64,000 nucleotides of DNA from a virus. Every line of letters begins with the position of its first letter. Positions within the stretch are counted from its first letter, which is position 1. The stretch spans positions 34,617-98,616 of the IMG/VR virus record IMGVR_UViG_3300036981_000255; one strand, 5' to 3'. Position numbers and translations under genes: made by a program. A model generated the notes under the pieces. That model was not told the DNA's origin. It did no database searches and worked only from the letters and a program-made list of their open reading frames with translations. Of this stretch, positions 7,688 through 18,284 are shown in pieces.

Positions 7688-9211
7688 TTATTTTCTTTTT
7701 CTTTTTCTTTTGTTCTTGTTTGCTTTGAGCGCTTCTTGCTCTCTCAACTTTTTCATCGTTAATTTGATGAAAATTTCAACATTACCTTTTACGTGGTTTA
7801 CAACTGATTCATCTGTGAAAATTTTCTCTAACACATTGGACATTGATTTGAATGCTTCGTCTTTAAGATAAAGTCCTCGTGAGTTCTTGACAACATATTT
7901 TAAAATCGGTAAAGTCACAATTTCAGCAACTCTTGAAACACTTCTTCCATCAATAATGTTTTCAATATCTTGGTAATCCATACCAAAAACAGCCGTTTTG
8001 ACTTCACGTTTGATTTCAGTTCGTAAATTTGGAAGATTGTCAAGAATACCATCCAATATTTTCCACTTATTCCGTTCAATTGAACCCTTCAAATGCCTAC
8101 CTTTAAACTCGTCATATTTATCACTAAAATACCCTTCAGACATTTGATTATTCATCAGTTTTTTCACACCTAAAACATCACCAACATCAAGCAACGTTAT
8201 CAACATCTTATGAATATTTTGTTTATCAATAGTGTTCAATTTTTCCATTGAATCAACAAACATTTTACTGATTTGATTACCGATATTAGAATCTAAATTT
8301 AAACTATCAAAAAACTTGTCCAAGTTTTCTTCACCATCATCAATAATTTTTACCAACTCTTTAATTTCAGGCGCAATAAAATCTTTGGCAGTTACTTCAT
8401 TCAATAGTTTATCATAAATATCATAAGATTCATTTTTATTCGCTTGACTTTGCAAAAAACTGATGATTTCACGATATTTAGGGACAAATGATTTTTTAAC
8501 CCAATTGGAATATGTTTCTTTGTATTGTTTGAACTGTCCAATAGACTTTTCATCATTCATTTGACTTTCAACATTGTCGAAAACATTTAAAATGTTGTCA
8601 TTTGATTTTCTACTAACTCCACTTGATTGTGGTTGGGCAGTTTTTGCATTTGGCAACACACTAGAAATCAAATCTTGGTATTCTTTTGAATTTGAAAGGT
8701 CTTGTAATTTACCTTTTAAAACTTTCTCAAGATTTGTCTGCAACATCTCACGAACTTTACCATTTCTCACAACTTCTCCAAGGGCTTCAAACACATGTCT
8801 ATCGAGTTCACTATTACCAGTGGATACTTTGGACATTAATGGTGTATATTGACGGATTTTACCGCCTATGGATGCTTCACCGAATGTCTTATCAACAAAG
8901 TAAGAAAGCATTGGAATCCCTATAAGTCTAAAGACGTTTTGATAGTCCGTAGAGTTTGGATTTTTTTGATAATCAGTCAACGTTTTTAAAATATCAACGT
9001 TTGATTTCCCTGCTTCAATTAACTTTTTGTACAAATATTTTGCAAATTCGCCTTCAAATGTTTGTGAAAGAATAGATGCAATTTTTTTGTTATTGATACT
9101 TTGTTCTGACGAGCCGAAATTACGAATCTTGTTCAATACAGATTTGGGGTCAATTTCATTCAATTGACCCCTCTGTTCAAGTTTTATTTGTTCAAGTATG
9201 TAATCTCGCAC
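7688..9211 (-). CDS. hypothetical virion/internal protein with several L-x-E sites and a basic C-terminal tail
   Basis: 507 aa, GTG start, between sheath and tube; GQLNE, KLLNE, QMSEG; ends KNKRKRKRK. Confidence 0.6.
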   Translation of the reverse strand: MRDYILEQIKLEQRGQLNEIDPKSVLNKIRNFGSSEQSINNKKIASILSQTFEGEFAKYLYKKLIEAGKSNVDILKTLTDYQKNPNSTDYQNVFRLIGIPMLSYFVDKTFGEASIGGKIRQYTPLMSKVSTGNSELDRHVFEALGEVVRNGKVREMLQTNLEKVLKGKLQDLSNSKEYQDLISSVLPNAKTAQPQSSGVSRKSNDNILNVFDNVESQMNDEKSIGQFKQYKETYSNWVKKSFVPKYREIISFLQSQANKNESYDIYDKLLNEVTAKDFIAPEIKELVKIIDDGEENLDKFFDSLNLDSNIGNQISKMFVDSMEKLNTIDKQNIHKMLITLLDVGDVLGVKKLMNNQMSEGYFSDKYDEFKGRHLKGSIERNKWKILDGILDNLPNLRTEIKREVKTAVFGMDYQDIENIIDGRSVSRVAEIVTLPILKYVVKNSRGLYLKDEAFKSMSNVLEKIFTDESVVNHVKGNVEIFIKLTMKKLREQEALKANKNKRKRKRK

Positions 9212-9224
9212 TTTTCGTTATTTG

Positions 9225-12200
9225 TTAAATATTTGTAAAATCAACCCCTACTGGTGAAAGCACAAATTCAATGTTGATGTACTCTAAAGTTCTAATAGGT
9301 TGAATCGCAATTTTACAATTCATGGCATTACTATTGAAACTATCGGCTGAACGGTCAATTTGAATTTGATAATCAAAAATACCACGTTCATCACGGATGT
9401 TCGCCAAAATCGGATTCACAAGATTTTCAAATTGTCTTCTGACTTCTTCATCGTTTTGTTCAAACAATAATGTTAAAGACACATCTTCAATTAAACGTCT
9501 CATGTACAAGATTAAACGTCTAACGTTGATACGGTCAAGAGCAGATTCTGCAATTTGTAGATTTTTATTACCCCAAATATACACTGGGCTAGTTCCGTTT
9601 GCTTGTTTGAGTGTGATAAGTGAATTGATACGTCCTTCAAATAAAGCATCACGCTCATCGAATGTCAATTTCTTTCTCGCTTGTCTAAATTCAGTTTCAC
9701 CTATTTTTGTACCAGCAGCAGCGCCCCAAGGTTTTCTCAATTTATCATTCAAAGCAAAAATACGCATCGCTTCAGCAGTGGGTGGCAACCACAAATAAAC
9801 ATTGTTCACTTCATCAAACATTTGACCCCAAGGAAAATACGTTGCTGTATAACTTGAGTCAAACAAACCATCAATTACACCAGCAGCATCTTTTGCTTTT
9901 AAAGTTTGTCCACCTGAATCTTGGTCAAGAGTAGTTGTAACGTAGAATGTATCACAACGCTCGTTTTCAACCATATCAATAGTTTCTTCGATAAGGTCAG
10001 TGTTTTCAGTTGTGTTCAAATTAGGTGTTGCCAACAAGTTCATACGAATTTCATCTCTATTCGCTAGAACTCTGATACCTTCCAAATATGCGTAAAAGTC
10101 AGAATTGATAACAGTTTGACCGTTATTGATATTTTCAGAAGAATATACACCAAAATTTCCACTGACTAAACCTTTTTGTCCAAGGCTTCCTTTTACAGAA
10201 TATTGGTCTGTGTTTGTACGTCTTTTTCTATGAATATCCCAACCGTCAAAGCCACCATAAACCATCATTGTGAATTTTCTTGCGAAAACTTGTTCGTAAT
10301 CAGTACCAACCATGTCAGATTCGTTTTGGAACGCAAATTCACCTCTGTCAAACTCTACAGCTCCAAAGCCTTCAACTGTTACCCCTGTGGCATTAACGTC
10401 CATGTGGAATCCATGTGTTGAACCTGTCCAAAATGGCAAATCTGGGTCAGATGGAACACCTTTATAAGTGAAAAAGTCAGCGTCAAAACCTAATGTGTCT
10501 GTAAATCCAAGGTAAACTTGACGTATTCTGTCAAAATCTTCGTACTTAGTTTTATAAACAATTTGCGGAGCTAAAGCACACTCGTAATCACGAACAGGAT
10601 AGCCTTCAAAACCTGCTGGGAATGATTCATCTTGACATTGAACACCCATTTCAATCATAATGTGCTTACTTTGCAACACATGGTCTCCATCGACTGTACC
10701 AATACGTCTTGCGATATAGTTGGTATCATTGGCTCTCAACGTAACGTTTGTGAAACTTTCCAAAACCACAGGACGTTTATCTGTATCACCATAAGAACGA
10801 ACTTGAACATCAAAAGATTTTTTGTCAGGTCTTATGTTTGTAATAGACACTTTAACATCAGTGTTTGCAGCATCACCATCAGAAAATGTATGGAAACGGA
10901 ACAAACGGAACACTCTGTTACCACGAAGCTCGGATACAACCCAAGGTGTCATAGCAGGTTGATATGGCTCTTTGTAATCGTCCAAATCTTGTGTATAACA
11001 AACAGTCGGCTTGATACAATAAATCAAACCATTTTCGTACAAATAATTGAATGTTGTACCAAAAAATTCCTCCAAATATAACTGTGTTGCAGGTGGGCAA
11101 CAAGGAATAAATTGTGTAAATACACGTAGAATGAAATTCTTTTTGGTTTTGTCCAATGATACGTTGTATTCAAAAGCAACACCATTTCTGTTTGTTCCTT
11201 TGATTAAGAAATCGTCCAATGGTTTTATAATGCCACCATCCAATGATTCAATAGTGACAACATTTCCTTCAACCGCAAAATTTAGAATTTCATCTCCGTC
11301 ATAAGTTGCAAATGAACGAATCAAAGCAACAATAGTGTTATCGTATTGAGCATAAGGTGTTCCTGACAATTCAATAACAGTTCCACTAAACTCGTGTGTC
11401 ACTAAACCCGATGGAATTTGGGAAACCACTTGTTGTGTTGTGCCAGAAACCACCGAAGTTGTGATGATAGTTGTACCAGTTGTGATAGTGAAATTGACAC
11501 CTTGAATGGTTTCACAGTCATAAACTGCTGCGTTTCCTGCCAAGTCGCAAATTTTATATTCACCGCCACTGAAAACGTCACCGTTAGGGAAGAAAATCGA
11601 ACCATTTTCAATCACTATAGAACCGTCAACATTATGTGTAATTGTTCCACCGACTAAAGTTACAATTCCAGATTCTACAATGGTAAGTTCATTTGTATCA
11701 ACGTTTTGAACAACCATTGGGTTAGTAACTGTAATAACAAATGTACTATCAGTAGTAACTGTACCACCACTATAAAGCACAAGACAATTTTGAACTTCAC
11801 TTGGGACATCAATTGTAACACCAACAGCAGTTTCACCTGTGATACAAATATAAGTTTCTTCTGATGTCAGCAATTGCATGGTAAATCTTGCGCCTGTGAA
11901 GGTTGAACAATCGCCCATCAATGTATTCCCCAAAGAAACTGATTGACCAGTCGCCAAATCTGCTCCACCGAAAACAGTAGTTGCAATTTCACCTGCATCA
12001 TACAAATCTTGCAAAACGGTGTTGCTGAAAGTTACGTTAGAAACTGCGCCATTTGCATACTTGATAGTAGCAGTGAAAGCAGAAGTTGAAGTTGTTGTGA
12101 TAGTTGCAGGGTCAAGTGATGCGCCAAAAGAAATACCCCAAGAATCACCAGCATCATATCCTGTGAATCCTAAAATTCTACTGACGAATAGTTGGTCTGA

Positions 12201-12458
12201 TTCTTTCAAATATTGTTTTGCAATATACGACCCTTCGTAAATCGGTTGTTGACCTTCTGCATATTTACAAGCATCCAAATCTCCAAAGCATTGTTTGAAA
12301 AGGGAATAAGTATTAATTGCGATAGGTGTAAATGCACGTCCTTTGGGAAACTCACCAGCTATACCCAACGATGTTATACCAAAGTTTTGAGTGGTGAAAG
12401 TTAAGTCAGTTTCAGTAAAATTTATAGACGGACTAAGATTTGGTCTTTGAGTTGCCAT
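9225..12458 (-). CDS. contractile tail sheath protein (T4 gp18-like) with large insertion
   Basis: SPSINFTETD, GEFPKG..F.P, YTATYFPW, RDALFEGRIN, LDRINVRRL, LLFEQND, PIRTLEYINIEF. Confidence 0.95.
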   Translation of the reverse strand: MATQRPNLSPSINFTETDLTFTTQNFGITSLGIAGEFPKGRAFTPIAINTYSLFKQCFGDLDACKYAEGQQPIYEGSYIAKQYLKESDQLFVSRILGFTGYDAGDSWGISFGASLDPATITTTSTSAFTATIKYANGAVSNVTFSNTVLQDLYDAGEIATTVFGGADLATGQSVSLGNTLMGDCSTFTGARFTMQLLTSEETYICITGETAVGVTIDVPSEVQNCLVLYSGGTVTTDSTFVITVTNPMVVQNVDTNELTIVESGIVTLVGGTITHNVDGSIVIENGSIFFPNGDVFSGGEYKICDLAGNAAVYDCETIQGVNFTITTGTTIITTSVVSGTTQQVVSQIPSGLVTHEFSGTVIELSGTPYAQYDNTIVALIRSFATYDGDEILNFAVEGNVVTIESLDGGIIKPLDDFLIKGTNRNGVAFEYNVSLDKTKKNFILRVFTQFIPCCPPATQLYLEEFFGTTFNYLYENGLIYCIKPTVCYTQDLDDYKEPYQPAMTPWVVSELRGNRVFRLFRFHTFSDGDAANTDVKVSITNIRPDKKSFDVQVRSYGDTDKRPVVLESFTNVTLRANDTNYIARRIGTVDGDHVLQSKHIMIEMGVQCQDESFPAGFEGYPVRDYECALAPQIVYKTKYEDFDRIRQVYLGFTDTLGFDADFFTYKGVPSDPDLPFWTGSTHGFHMDVNATGVTVEGFGAVEFDRGEFAFQNESDMVGTDYEQVFARKFTMMVYGGFDGWDIHRKRRTNTDQYSVKGSLGQKGLVSGNFGVYSSENINNGQTVINSDFYAYLEGIRVLANRDEIRMNLLATPNLNTTENTDLIEETIDMVENERCDTFYVTTTLDQDSGGQTLKAKDAAGVIDGLFDSSYTATYFPWGQMFDEVNNVYLWLPPTAEAMRIFALNDKLRKPWGAAAGTKIGETEFRQARKKLTFDERDALFEGRINSLITLKQANGTSPVYIWGNKNLQIAESALDRINVRRLILYMRRLIEDVSLTLLFEQNDEEVRRQFENLVNPILANIRDERGIFDYQIQIDRSADSFNSNAMNCKIAIQPIRTLEYINIEFVLSPVGVDFTNI

Positions 12459-12476
12459 TCAATGTAAGTTTTTTAT

Positions 12477-12484
12477 TATAAATA
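12477..12484 (-). promoter_or_regulatory. late promoter motif TATTTATA (sheath operon)
   Basis: Exact motif ~19 nt upstream of ATG 12458. Confidence 0.7.
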
Positions 12485-12508
12485 TTTGACTTTTTTCAAA
12501 TGTTTGAC

Positions 12509-12838
12509 CTATATTACTACATCGCAACTATTGACAATCTTTATTGTTGGAGAAAAATCACAATCTCCATTGACATAAACTGTTTTCAAACGGAAGTAAT
12601 TGATTTCATTTTTTGTCAAGCAAGAATATTGCTGCTTTGGCATATCTATCAATGCTTTGTCAAAAGATATAAAATCAAATCCGTTTGGGCTATATTGAAT
12701 TTCAATGGATTTGATATTTTCATTAGTATTATGCTGAACGTTTAAATAGATAACGCAATTGTCTGAATATCCTTCAATAGTTTGAGCGTTGACGGCAAAA
12801 GACATTAAGGAAAGCCAAATGGCTAAAATGAGTTTCAT
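12509..12838 (-). CDS. secreted protein: Sec signal peptide plus Bacteroidota-type Fn3/Ig-like beta domain
   Basis: MKLILAIWLSLMSFAVNA|Q signal peptide; EIQYS.NG..F and YFRLK.V..NG...FS motifs; TATTTATA at 12867-12874. Confidence 0.6.
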   Translation of the reverse strand: MKLILAIWLSLMSFAVNAQTIEGYSDNCVIYLNVQHNTNENIKSIEIQYSPNGFDFISFDKALIDMPKQQYSCLTKNEINYFRLKTVYVNGDCDFSPTIKIVNSCDVVI

Positions 12839-12894
12839 TTGAATTTTTAGATTTATATATGTAAATTATAAATATATGTGTATTCTATAAAAAA

Positions 12895-13902
12895 TTACAA
12901 TTTACGTCCACAAACCTTAATATTGACCACATTGTTGCCAATGTTGTGTGCCACAATCAATTCATCAGACCTTCTCACAACAAAAGGCAATTGAACTATA
13001 GAACCATTGACAAAATAATCGTAATCATTTGACGGATTTTGATTGTCATAATATAATTCTAAATCCATTGGAATTTTTATTGTTTTACTTTTGCCAGTTT
13101 TTTTTGTGAATTTGAAATTGAAACATAGGTCACAATCTGCATTTTCAGTTGTAATAACACACTCGTTGGGGTTGGGTTTACCTGTTTCAATAGCTAACGT
13201 TATTTTGTCAACAGAAGATAATTTTTTATAATCTTCTTCACGAAGCAAATACCCTTTGAGTGTCATGGTATAAGTCTTGTGATAGTAACGTCTTTTGTCA
13301 ATATTTGAAGTTTCTGATGAATCGTCCATTGATTCCAAATAAAGTGGCATATAATGTCCATTGACTTGAATATAATATTGAGCTTCTTTGAAATTGTGCA
13401 AAACAAGTTCGTCCATTCTATTCAATTCTTCAATAAATCGACAAAAGATATGAATTTTATATCCAACGTCAATATTGACTGGCTGTGGAATTTGATAATA
13501 TTCTACTGATGTTTTGCCATTCTTTAGAATGGGTCTTCGCCATAGATTGAAGGTGGGTGTGCTTGGAACGTTGTAGTTTCCTCCTAAATTCGTACCCTTC
13601 TTAGTAGATTCCCGAACAAGCGCAATGAATGGCAGTTTCACAGTGTTTGTATTATCTGTGTTTTGCCAAAGGCTCATGTGTTCTGCATATCTTTCAATTG
13701 AAAAAATGGAAATCGTTGGAATTTTAACACCATTTGAAACAATTTCAAAGCCATTTTCAAAAGCCAATTTTACACATCTATCCATATCGTCTAAATGGAT
13801 ACCCTTTGGAAAAAAGGTATCTCCTTTGACAATATTTTTGACAAGTTGTGTTGCTTGTTCTTTACCTTGTAGAATTTGTTTGACTTTTATTGTTTTTTTC
13901 AT
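12895..13902 (-). CDS. tail terminator/sheath stabiliser (T4 gp15-like)
   Basis: DDMD, KLPFIALVR, PQPVNIDVGY pattern; between portal and sheath. Confidence 0.6.
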   Translation of the reverse strand: MKKTIKVKQILQGKEQATQLVKNIVKGDTFFPKGIHLDDMDRCVKLAFENGFEIVSNGVKIPTISIFSIERYAEHMSLWQNTDNTNTVKLPFIALVRESTKKGTNLGGNYNVPSTPTFNLWRRPILKNGKTSVEYYQIPQPVNIDVGYKIHIFCRFIEELNRMDELVLHNFKEAQYYIQVNGHYMPLYLESMDDSSETSNIDKRRYYHKTYTMTLKGYLLREEDYKKLSSVDKITLAIETGKPNPNECVITTENADCDLCFNFKFTKKTGKSKTIKIPMDLELYYDNQNPSNDYDYFVNGSIVQLPFVVRRSDELIVAHNIGNNVVNIKVCGRKL

Positions 13903-13919
13903 TAACGATTAATAAAAAG

Positions 13920-15866
13920 TTACATTTTTTCGATAAATTTTTTCATTTTTTCTATGGCATTTTCAAATAAAACGTCCTTAGATTTTTCACTTTTACCGTT
14001 TGTTTTGATGTTGTCAAAATTTTCAATCAAAAGTGGTTTTTTCTTATTGTGTGATTCAACCTTTTCAGTTGGTTGTTCGGTTGTTTCTGCTGCGCCCTCT
14101 TCTGCCCCTGTATCTGCTCCGCCTTCGCCTTCAGTTCCACCTTCCACGTCTAAACCAAGGTCTGCATCGTCAAATTCACCACCAATATCGCTGCCACCCA
14201 AATCACCACCGCCTAGTCCACCGCCACCGCCTAGTCCACCGCCACCACCTCCTCCGCCACCACCGCCCAAGTCATCTCCACCACCACCACCATCTGTCCC
14301 TTCTGTGGATGGTTTGGATATACCCATAGATTCATCACCGTAAAGGCTGATGATGTTATCAAATAAAGTGGTTTTGCTGACAACTTCTGGTGCTTTTTCA
14401 ATTTCTGCCCCTGCTGCTCTTTCCAAATATTGTTGTTCAAAATCAAGCTTGATTTCGTTGTTAGTTTGTCCAAGAATTTCTTTTTTAGCTTTTGTAACAG
14501 ACATTGCAGATAAACCGAAACCATTTGCATCTGAAACAGCATTTCTAAAGATATTGATTTGTTTGTCAAGCAAATCCATACGCATTATTTCAGATTGGAT
14601 AGACGGATTGTTCAAAGATAGTTCAAAATTTGACATTTCGTCTTCCAATCCAAGCAATAATAAATGAACTAAAGCAATTTTATTCAACTCCATGATAACA
14701 GATTGTTGAATTCTATTGATTTTTCGTGCAAATCTTATGTCTTGCATGGACAAATTCTTACCTTCACCTGCTGCGTCTTCAAATTGTAAAAATGGTTTTG
14801 GAATACCTAATGCAGCAAATAATTGATTCAAATCGTATTCAATATCGGCAATATCAGCAATATTTGATGCGCCTTGGATGGTTTCAATTCTTGTACCTTC
14901 ATCTTTATCACGAATAGGAATGAAATAATCTTGGTCATATCCCATGACATTAAATTTCAAATCTTCTTGACCAGTATAAGGGTCAACTTGTTTTGTTCGT
15001 TTAAACCTGTCAGTAATTTTGTCCATGAACGCTTCAACATCTGCTGGGTCAATATTACCAACATTGATGTAATAGGCTCTACGGTCAATCGCTCGAAGTA
15101 AACGGAGAGTTCTCATGGCATCTTCCACAAGCAAAAGATTTTTCCAAATTCTTCTGGCTTTTTCTAAAACCGAAACACCATAAGGAAGTCTTCTGTCATC
15201 TACTAAAAGTCTAAAGTGAGCAATTTGATAATATTTAAACTCAACTATGTCTAATGATTTCCAACGAAAAACCGTTTCATTTTCATCATAATTAAGGTAA
15301 CTTTGCATTGGATTTACGCCATCAACTTCTAATCTTTCAACTTCAATTGTTGGCAATTGTCTTGCGCCAGTGATTCCATTATCACCATCCATTGACAAAT
15401 AAACAAAATTATCACCTGTTTTCACCATATTTCTAGTCCACATGAAAAGATTGGTGTGAATATTCAAACGATTGAAAAACAAGTCTTCCAAGGCTTCTTG
15501 AACACGTTTACTTTCGGAATATATGTTGAGAACTTTACCCTTTACGTTTGTTGTTGTTGATTCTTCTGCTAAAATGTCTAAAGCTTGCCCAATAATTGGA
15601 TAATGTTCCATCAAATCATAATCAAGATAAGATGGATAACGTTGAGTTTCATAAACCAATGACTTATTATGAATATGTCTTGAGACTTTTTTCCATTGAG
15701 CTTGAAAGAACTTCTCTTGTTGTTTTTCAAGTTTTTTGGTTTCATATTCAGCTCTATTGGTTGTCCTTAGAATTTCTTTCGGTTGACTTGAATCATATCT
15801 CCCAATAGCTTTATCAGTTTTGAAATAATTTGTAAGGCTATTGAATTTTGTGAATATTGTTGACAT
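13920..15866 (-). CDS. portal protein (T4 gp20-like) with Gly/acidic C-terminal extension
   Basis: YDLMEHYPII..ALDILAEE, PYG.SVLEKARRIWK.L.L.EDAM, RRAYYINVGN, DYFIP.R, D+RFAR.I.RIQ. Confidence 0.95.
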   Translation of the reverse strand: MSTIFTKFNSLTNYFKTDKAIGRYDSSQPKEILRTTNRAEYETKKLEKQQEKFFQAQWKKVSRHIHNKSLVYETQRYPSYLDYDLMEHYPIIGQALDILAEESTTTNVKGKVLNIYSESKRVQEALEDLFFNRLNIHTNLFMWTRNMVKTGDNFVYLSMDGDNGITGARQLPTIEVERLEVDGVNPMQSYLNYDENETVFRWKSLDIVEFKYYQIAHFRLLVDDRRLPYGVSVLEKARRIWKNLLLVEDAMRTLRLLRAIDRRAYYINVGNIDPADVEAFMDKITDRFKRTKQVDPYTGQEDLKFNVMGYDQDYFIPIRDKDEGTRIETIQGASNIADIADIEYDLNQLFAALGIPKPFLQFEDAAGEGKNLSMQDIRFARKINRIQQSVIMELNKIALVHLLLLGLEDEMSNFELSLNNPSIQSEIMRMDLLDKQINIFRNAVSDANGFGLSAMSVTKAKKEILGQTNNEIKLDFEQQYLERAAGAEIEKAPEVVSKTTLFDNIISLYGDESMGISKPSTEGTDGGGGGDDLGGGGGGGGGGGLGGGGGLGGGDLGGSDIGGEFDDADLGLDVEGGTEGEGGADTGAEEGAAETTEQPTEKVESHNKKKPLLIENFDNIKTNGKSEKSKDVLFENAIEKMKKFIEKM

Positions 15867-15872
15867 TTATTA

Positions 15873-17660
15873 TTATGGTTTACAGACGAATGTATCTCTA
15901 TGTCTATTGTATTTTTGTTTTTCGATATTCCAATTGCATTGTATCTCACTGAAACAAAGTGGTCTATCGTGTAATCTAAAGGCTGCGATTCCCCCAATGA
16001 AAGAGCCAGCAAAATTTTCTTCTAGTGTGCCACATTTTCCTTGGTGTGGTAATACTTCGTAGCATCTGATTTTGCATACGCCTAAAGAACCACCATTAGA
16101 ATATAATAAATTGTTTATGACACTTAAAGAGCCATTGATTTCAATTTTTAAAGTCGTCCGATTATTAAATTGAGACCCAAAGACGTTTATTTTCCCTAAT
16201 CTACGTGGAATGTGCATTTCAAGCCACATTTGTATCAATTCTGGTTCTGCAACTGATAATGGTGGACTTATAAAAGTTTCTCCATCTACAACTATTCCAC
16301 CGAATTGGCAAGGGCTTACTAGACTTGTCACGTAATCACAAACAGTGTATCCGCTTGCATCAAAATATAAAGCATCACCACTTGGAATTACTTCTAACAA
16401 ACCTTGTGTTCCACCACCAATACTGATATTGTATGGGACTGCCAATTGTTTATCTCGATGTTCGTCTAATGGATATGGTTGGAAGTCTGGAAAGTCGTCT
16501 ATTTTGAGCTTTAAAAAGCCATCTACAAAAATACACAAAGTTCCAAGTCTGCCCTTTATAATGCAATCGCTTTTGACATAAGGTTCAAATCTATATACAA
16601 TATAATGCCATTTGCCATTTTCTATAATGTCTTGTGCAGAATAGAACTCTTCAATTATCGGTGTTCCAGAATATTGAATTGTTCCATCTGTCATTGTCAT
16701 ACATTCTCCCGAAGTGGTCAAAATTCGTACTCCAATAGCTCCTTCGTCATCAATTCTAAAAGCCATTGCATTGTTTAAAAGTCCATTGCAACAATCATCA
16801 ATTGTGGCAGTAGGATTTGGCTGCGGTTGACACAACATTTTGCGATTATAGTATAAAAAAGGGTTGATAGACGGCTGAAAGTCGTTCACTTCAAGTTCTG
16901 GACTTAAAGGTATTCCTGTACAGGTTGTCATTCCTGAAAGTGGACTGAATAGACAAAACTTATTTTCGGCTCTTAACCCCCAATAATAGAAAATATTGTC
17001 ATTCTCTGGATATACTTCATTCAATTGAGGTTTGGTAGGACAGGTGTCGCCACTTAAAACATCCAATGACCATATTTCAGTTACCTCGGTCTGACCTGTT
17101 CCATTTGGCTCATAATAAACGCTTTCTCCTGTGATTGTAACTGTAAAGCCCGATGGACATTCATCACGTTTCAACCAAAACTCTTTAGTCCAACCAATTG
17201 GATAATAATTCGGTAAAACTTCAAAGTCGTATTCGTGCAATTTATAAAAACCTTGAAAAAAACCACCGCAAAAATGAACATGCTCTGGAATTGTTGAAGT
17301 TGCAAGGACATGATTCATTTCATAACAAAAAGTGTCACCAGATACTCGCTTAATACAAAACGCTGTGCTTCCAGAAGGATTGTATGTTTCACCTGTAAAA
17401 TTATCAACAAATCTGTTATCAACGCCTGTTAGACCAATATCGCATAAATCAGCGTTAAAACTTACAGCATCCTCCCATTGGATATTACTACACATTCCAC
17501 TGATATTAGTAAAATCAAAAGATGTTATAACATCGCCTGACACTAAAATATCACAATTGTAACATTGTACATTGTCCATTGATAGTTGTAAATCCCAATA
17601 ATTTGACTTATTTAACTTCAAATCGAAGATGTTATTGTAATTCTTACGAATATTGCTCAT
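15873..17660 (-). CDS. Cys-rich virion protein with LamG/concanavalin-like domain
   Basis: GKWHYIV, IFVDG.LK, ISIGGG, FAGSFIGGI..FRLHDRPL; ~25 Cys. Confidence 0.65.
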   Translation of the reverse strand: MSNIRKNYNNIFDLKLNKSNYWDLQLSMDNVQCYNCDILVSGDVITSFDFTNISGMCSNIQWEDAVSFNADLCDIGLTGVDNRFVDNFTGETYNPSGSTAFCIKRVSGDTFCYEMNHVLATSTIPEHVHFCGGFFQGFYKLHEYDFEVLPNYYPIGWTKEFWLKRDECPSGFTVTITGESVYYEPNGTGQTEVTEIWSLDVLSGDTCPTKPQLNEVYPENDNIFYYWGLRAENKFCLFSPLSGMTTCTGIPLSPELEVNDFQPSINPFLYYNRKMLCQPQPNPTATIDDCCNGLLNNAMAFRIDDEGAIGVRILTTSGECMTMTDGTIQYSGTPIIEEFYSAQDIIENGKWHYIVYRFEPYVKSDCIIKGRLGTLCIFVDGFLKLKIDDFPDFQPYPLDEHRDKQLAVPYNISIGGGTQGLLEVIPSGDALYFDASGYTVCDYVTSLVSPCQFGGIVVDGETFISPPLSVAEPELIQMWLEMHIPRRLGKINVFGSQFNNRTTLKIEINGSLSVINNLLYSNGGSLGVCKIRCYEVLPHQGKCGTLEENFAGSFIGGIAAFRLHDRPLCFSEIQCNWNIEKQKYNRHRDTFVCKP

Positions 17661-17679
17661 TAATCGGTTTTCATTTTTC

Positions 17680-17731
17680 TATAAATAGTTTTCATTATTC
17701 TAAATATTACTTGTGTTGGCAAATATTTATA
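17680..17731. promoter_or_regulatory. divergent pair of late promoter motifs
   Basis: TATAAATA at 17680-17687 (for minus gene 17660) and TATTTATA at 17724-17731 (for plus gene 17748). Confidence 0.7.
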
Positions 17732-17747
17732 ATCAAAACAATCAGTA

Positions 17748-18284
17748 ATGAAAAACCGTAAAATATATCTAAGTGAATCACAAATCAAAGGCTTAAAATC
17801 AATAGGATTGCAAGAAATAATTGATGCAGATGGCTCTCTAATAAGTGGCGATGAAATTTCTAACGAAAAAACCATTAAAACCAACACTATAAAACCCGAT
17901 GGACGACCACAAACATCTGATGATTTTGCTAAAGAAACAGGTAAGCAATCTGACATGTATTTGAATCGTTATGGTTTTTCAATTACAGAAGGTGAAGATG
18001 CGTTGACAGAAGCAGACGACTTTGTATCTAATAATGCAAAACCGAGTGGATTCATGGATAAAAATTCAAAAATCCCTGAAACTACTGAATTATCAAAAAG
18101 TTATAAAAAACCCGATATTCAAAGCTCTTTGAATGATTTGATACGCAAAATAACTCAAAATTCAATTGAAAAGGAATTGCAACAAGATATTAACGCAATT
18201 GTATTGAAAGGGTTGCTATCATCTGTTAATTTTAGTAATATGAAACCACAACACAAAAAAGAAATCCAAAATATGTTAAAATAA
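17748..18284 (+). CDS. hypothetical head-associated protein with leader motif
   Basis: MKNRKIYLSESQ...LQE; internal ITE and LTE sites. Confidence 0.65.
   Translation: MKNRKIYLSESQIKGLKSIGLQEIIDADGSLISGDEISNEKTIKTNTIKPDGRPQTSDDFAKETGKQSDMYLNRYGFSITEGEDALTEADDFVSNNAKPSGFMDKNSKIPETTELSKSYKKPDIQSSLNDLIRKITQNSIEKELQQDINAIVLKGLLSSVNFSNMKPQHKKEIQNMLK

Noticed and set aside
9397-12404. Multiple + strand ORFs inside the sheath gene, and similar antisense ORFs across the window
   Set aside because: Fully overlap confident genes on the opposite strand and lack recognisable motifs.
13954-14343. Pro-rich and His-rich + strand ORFs
   Set aside because: Antisense shadows of the portal poly-Gly tract.
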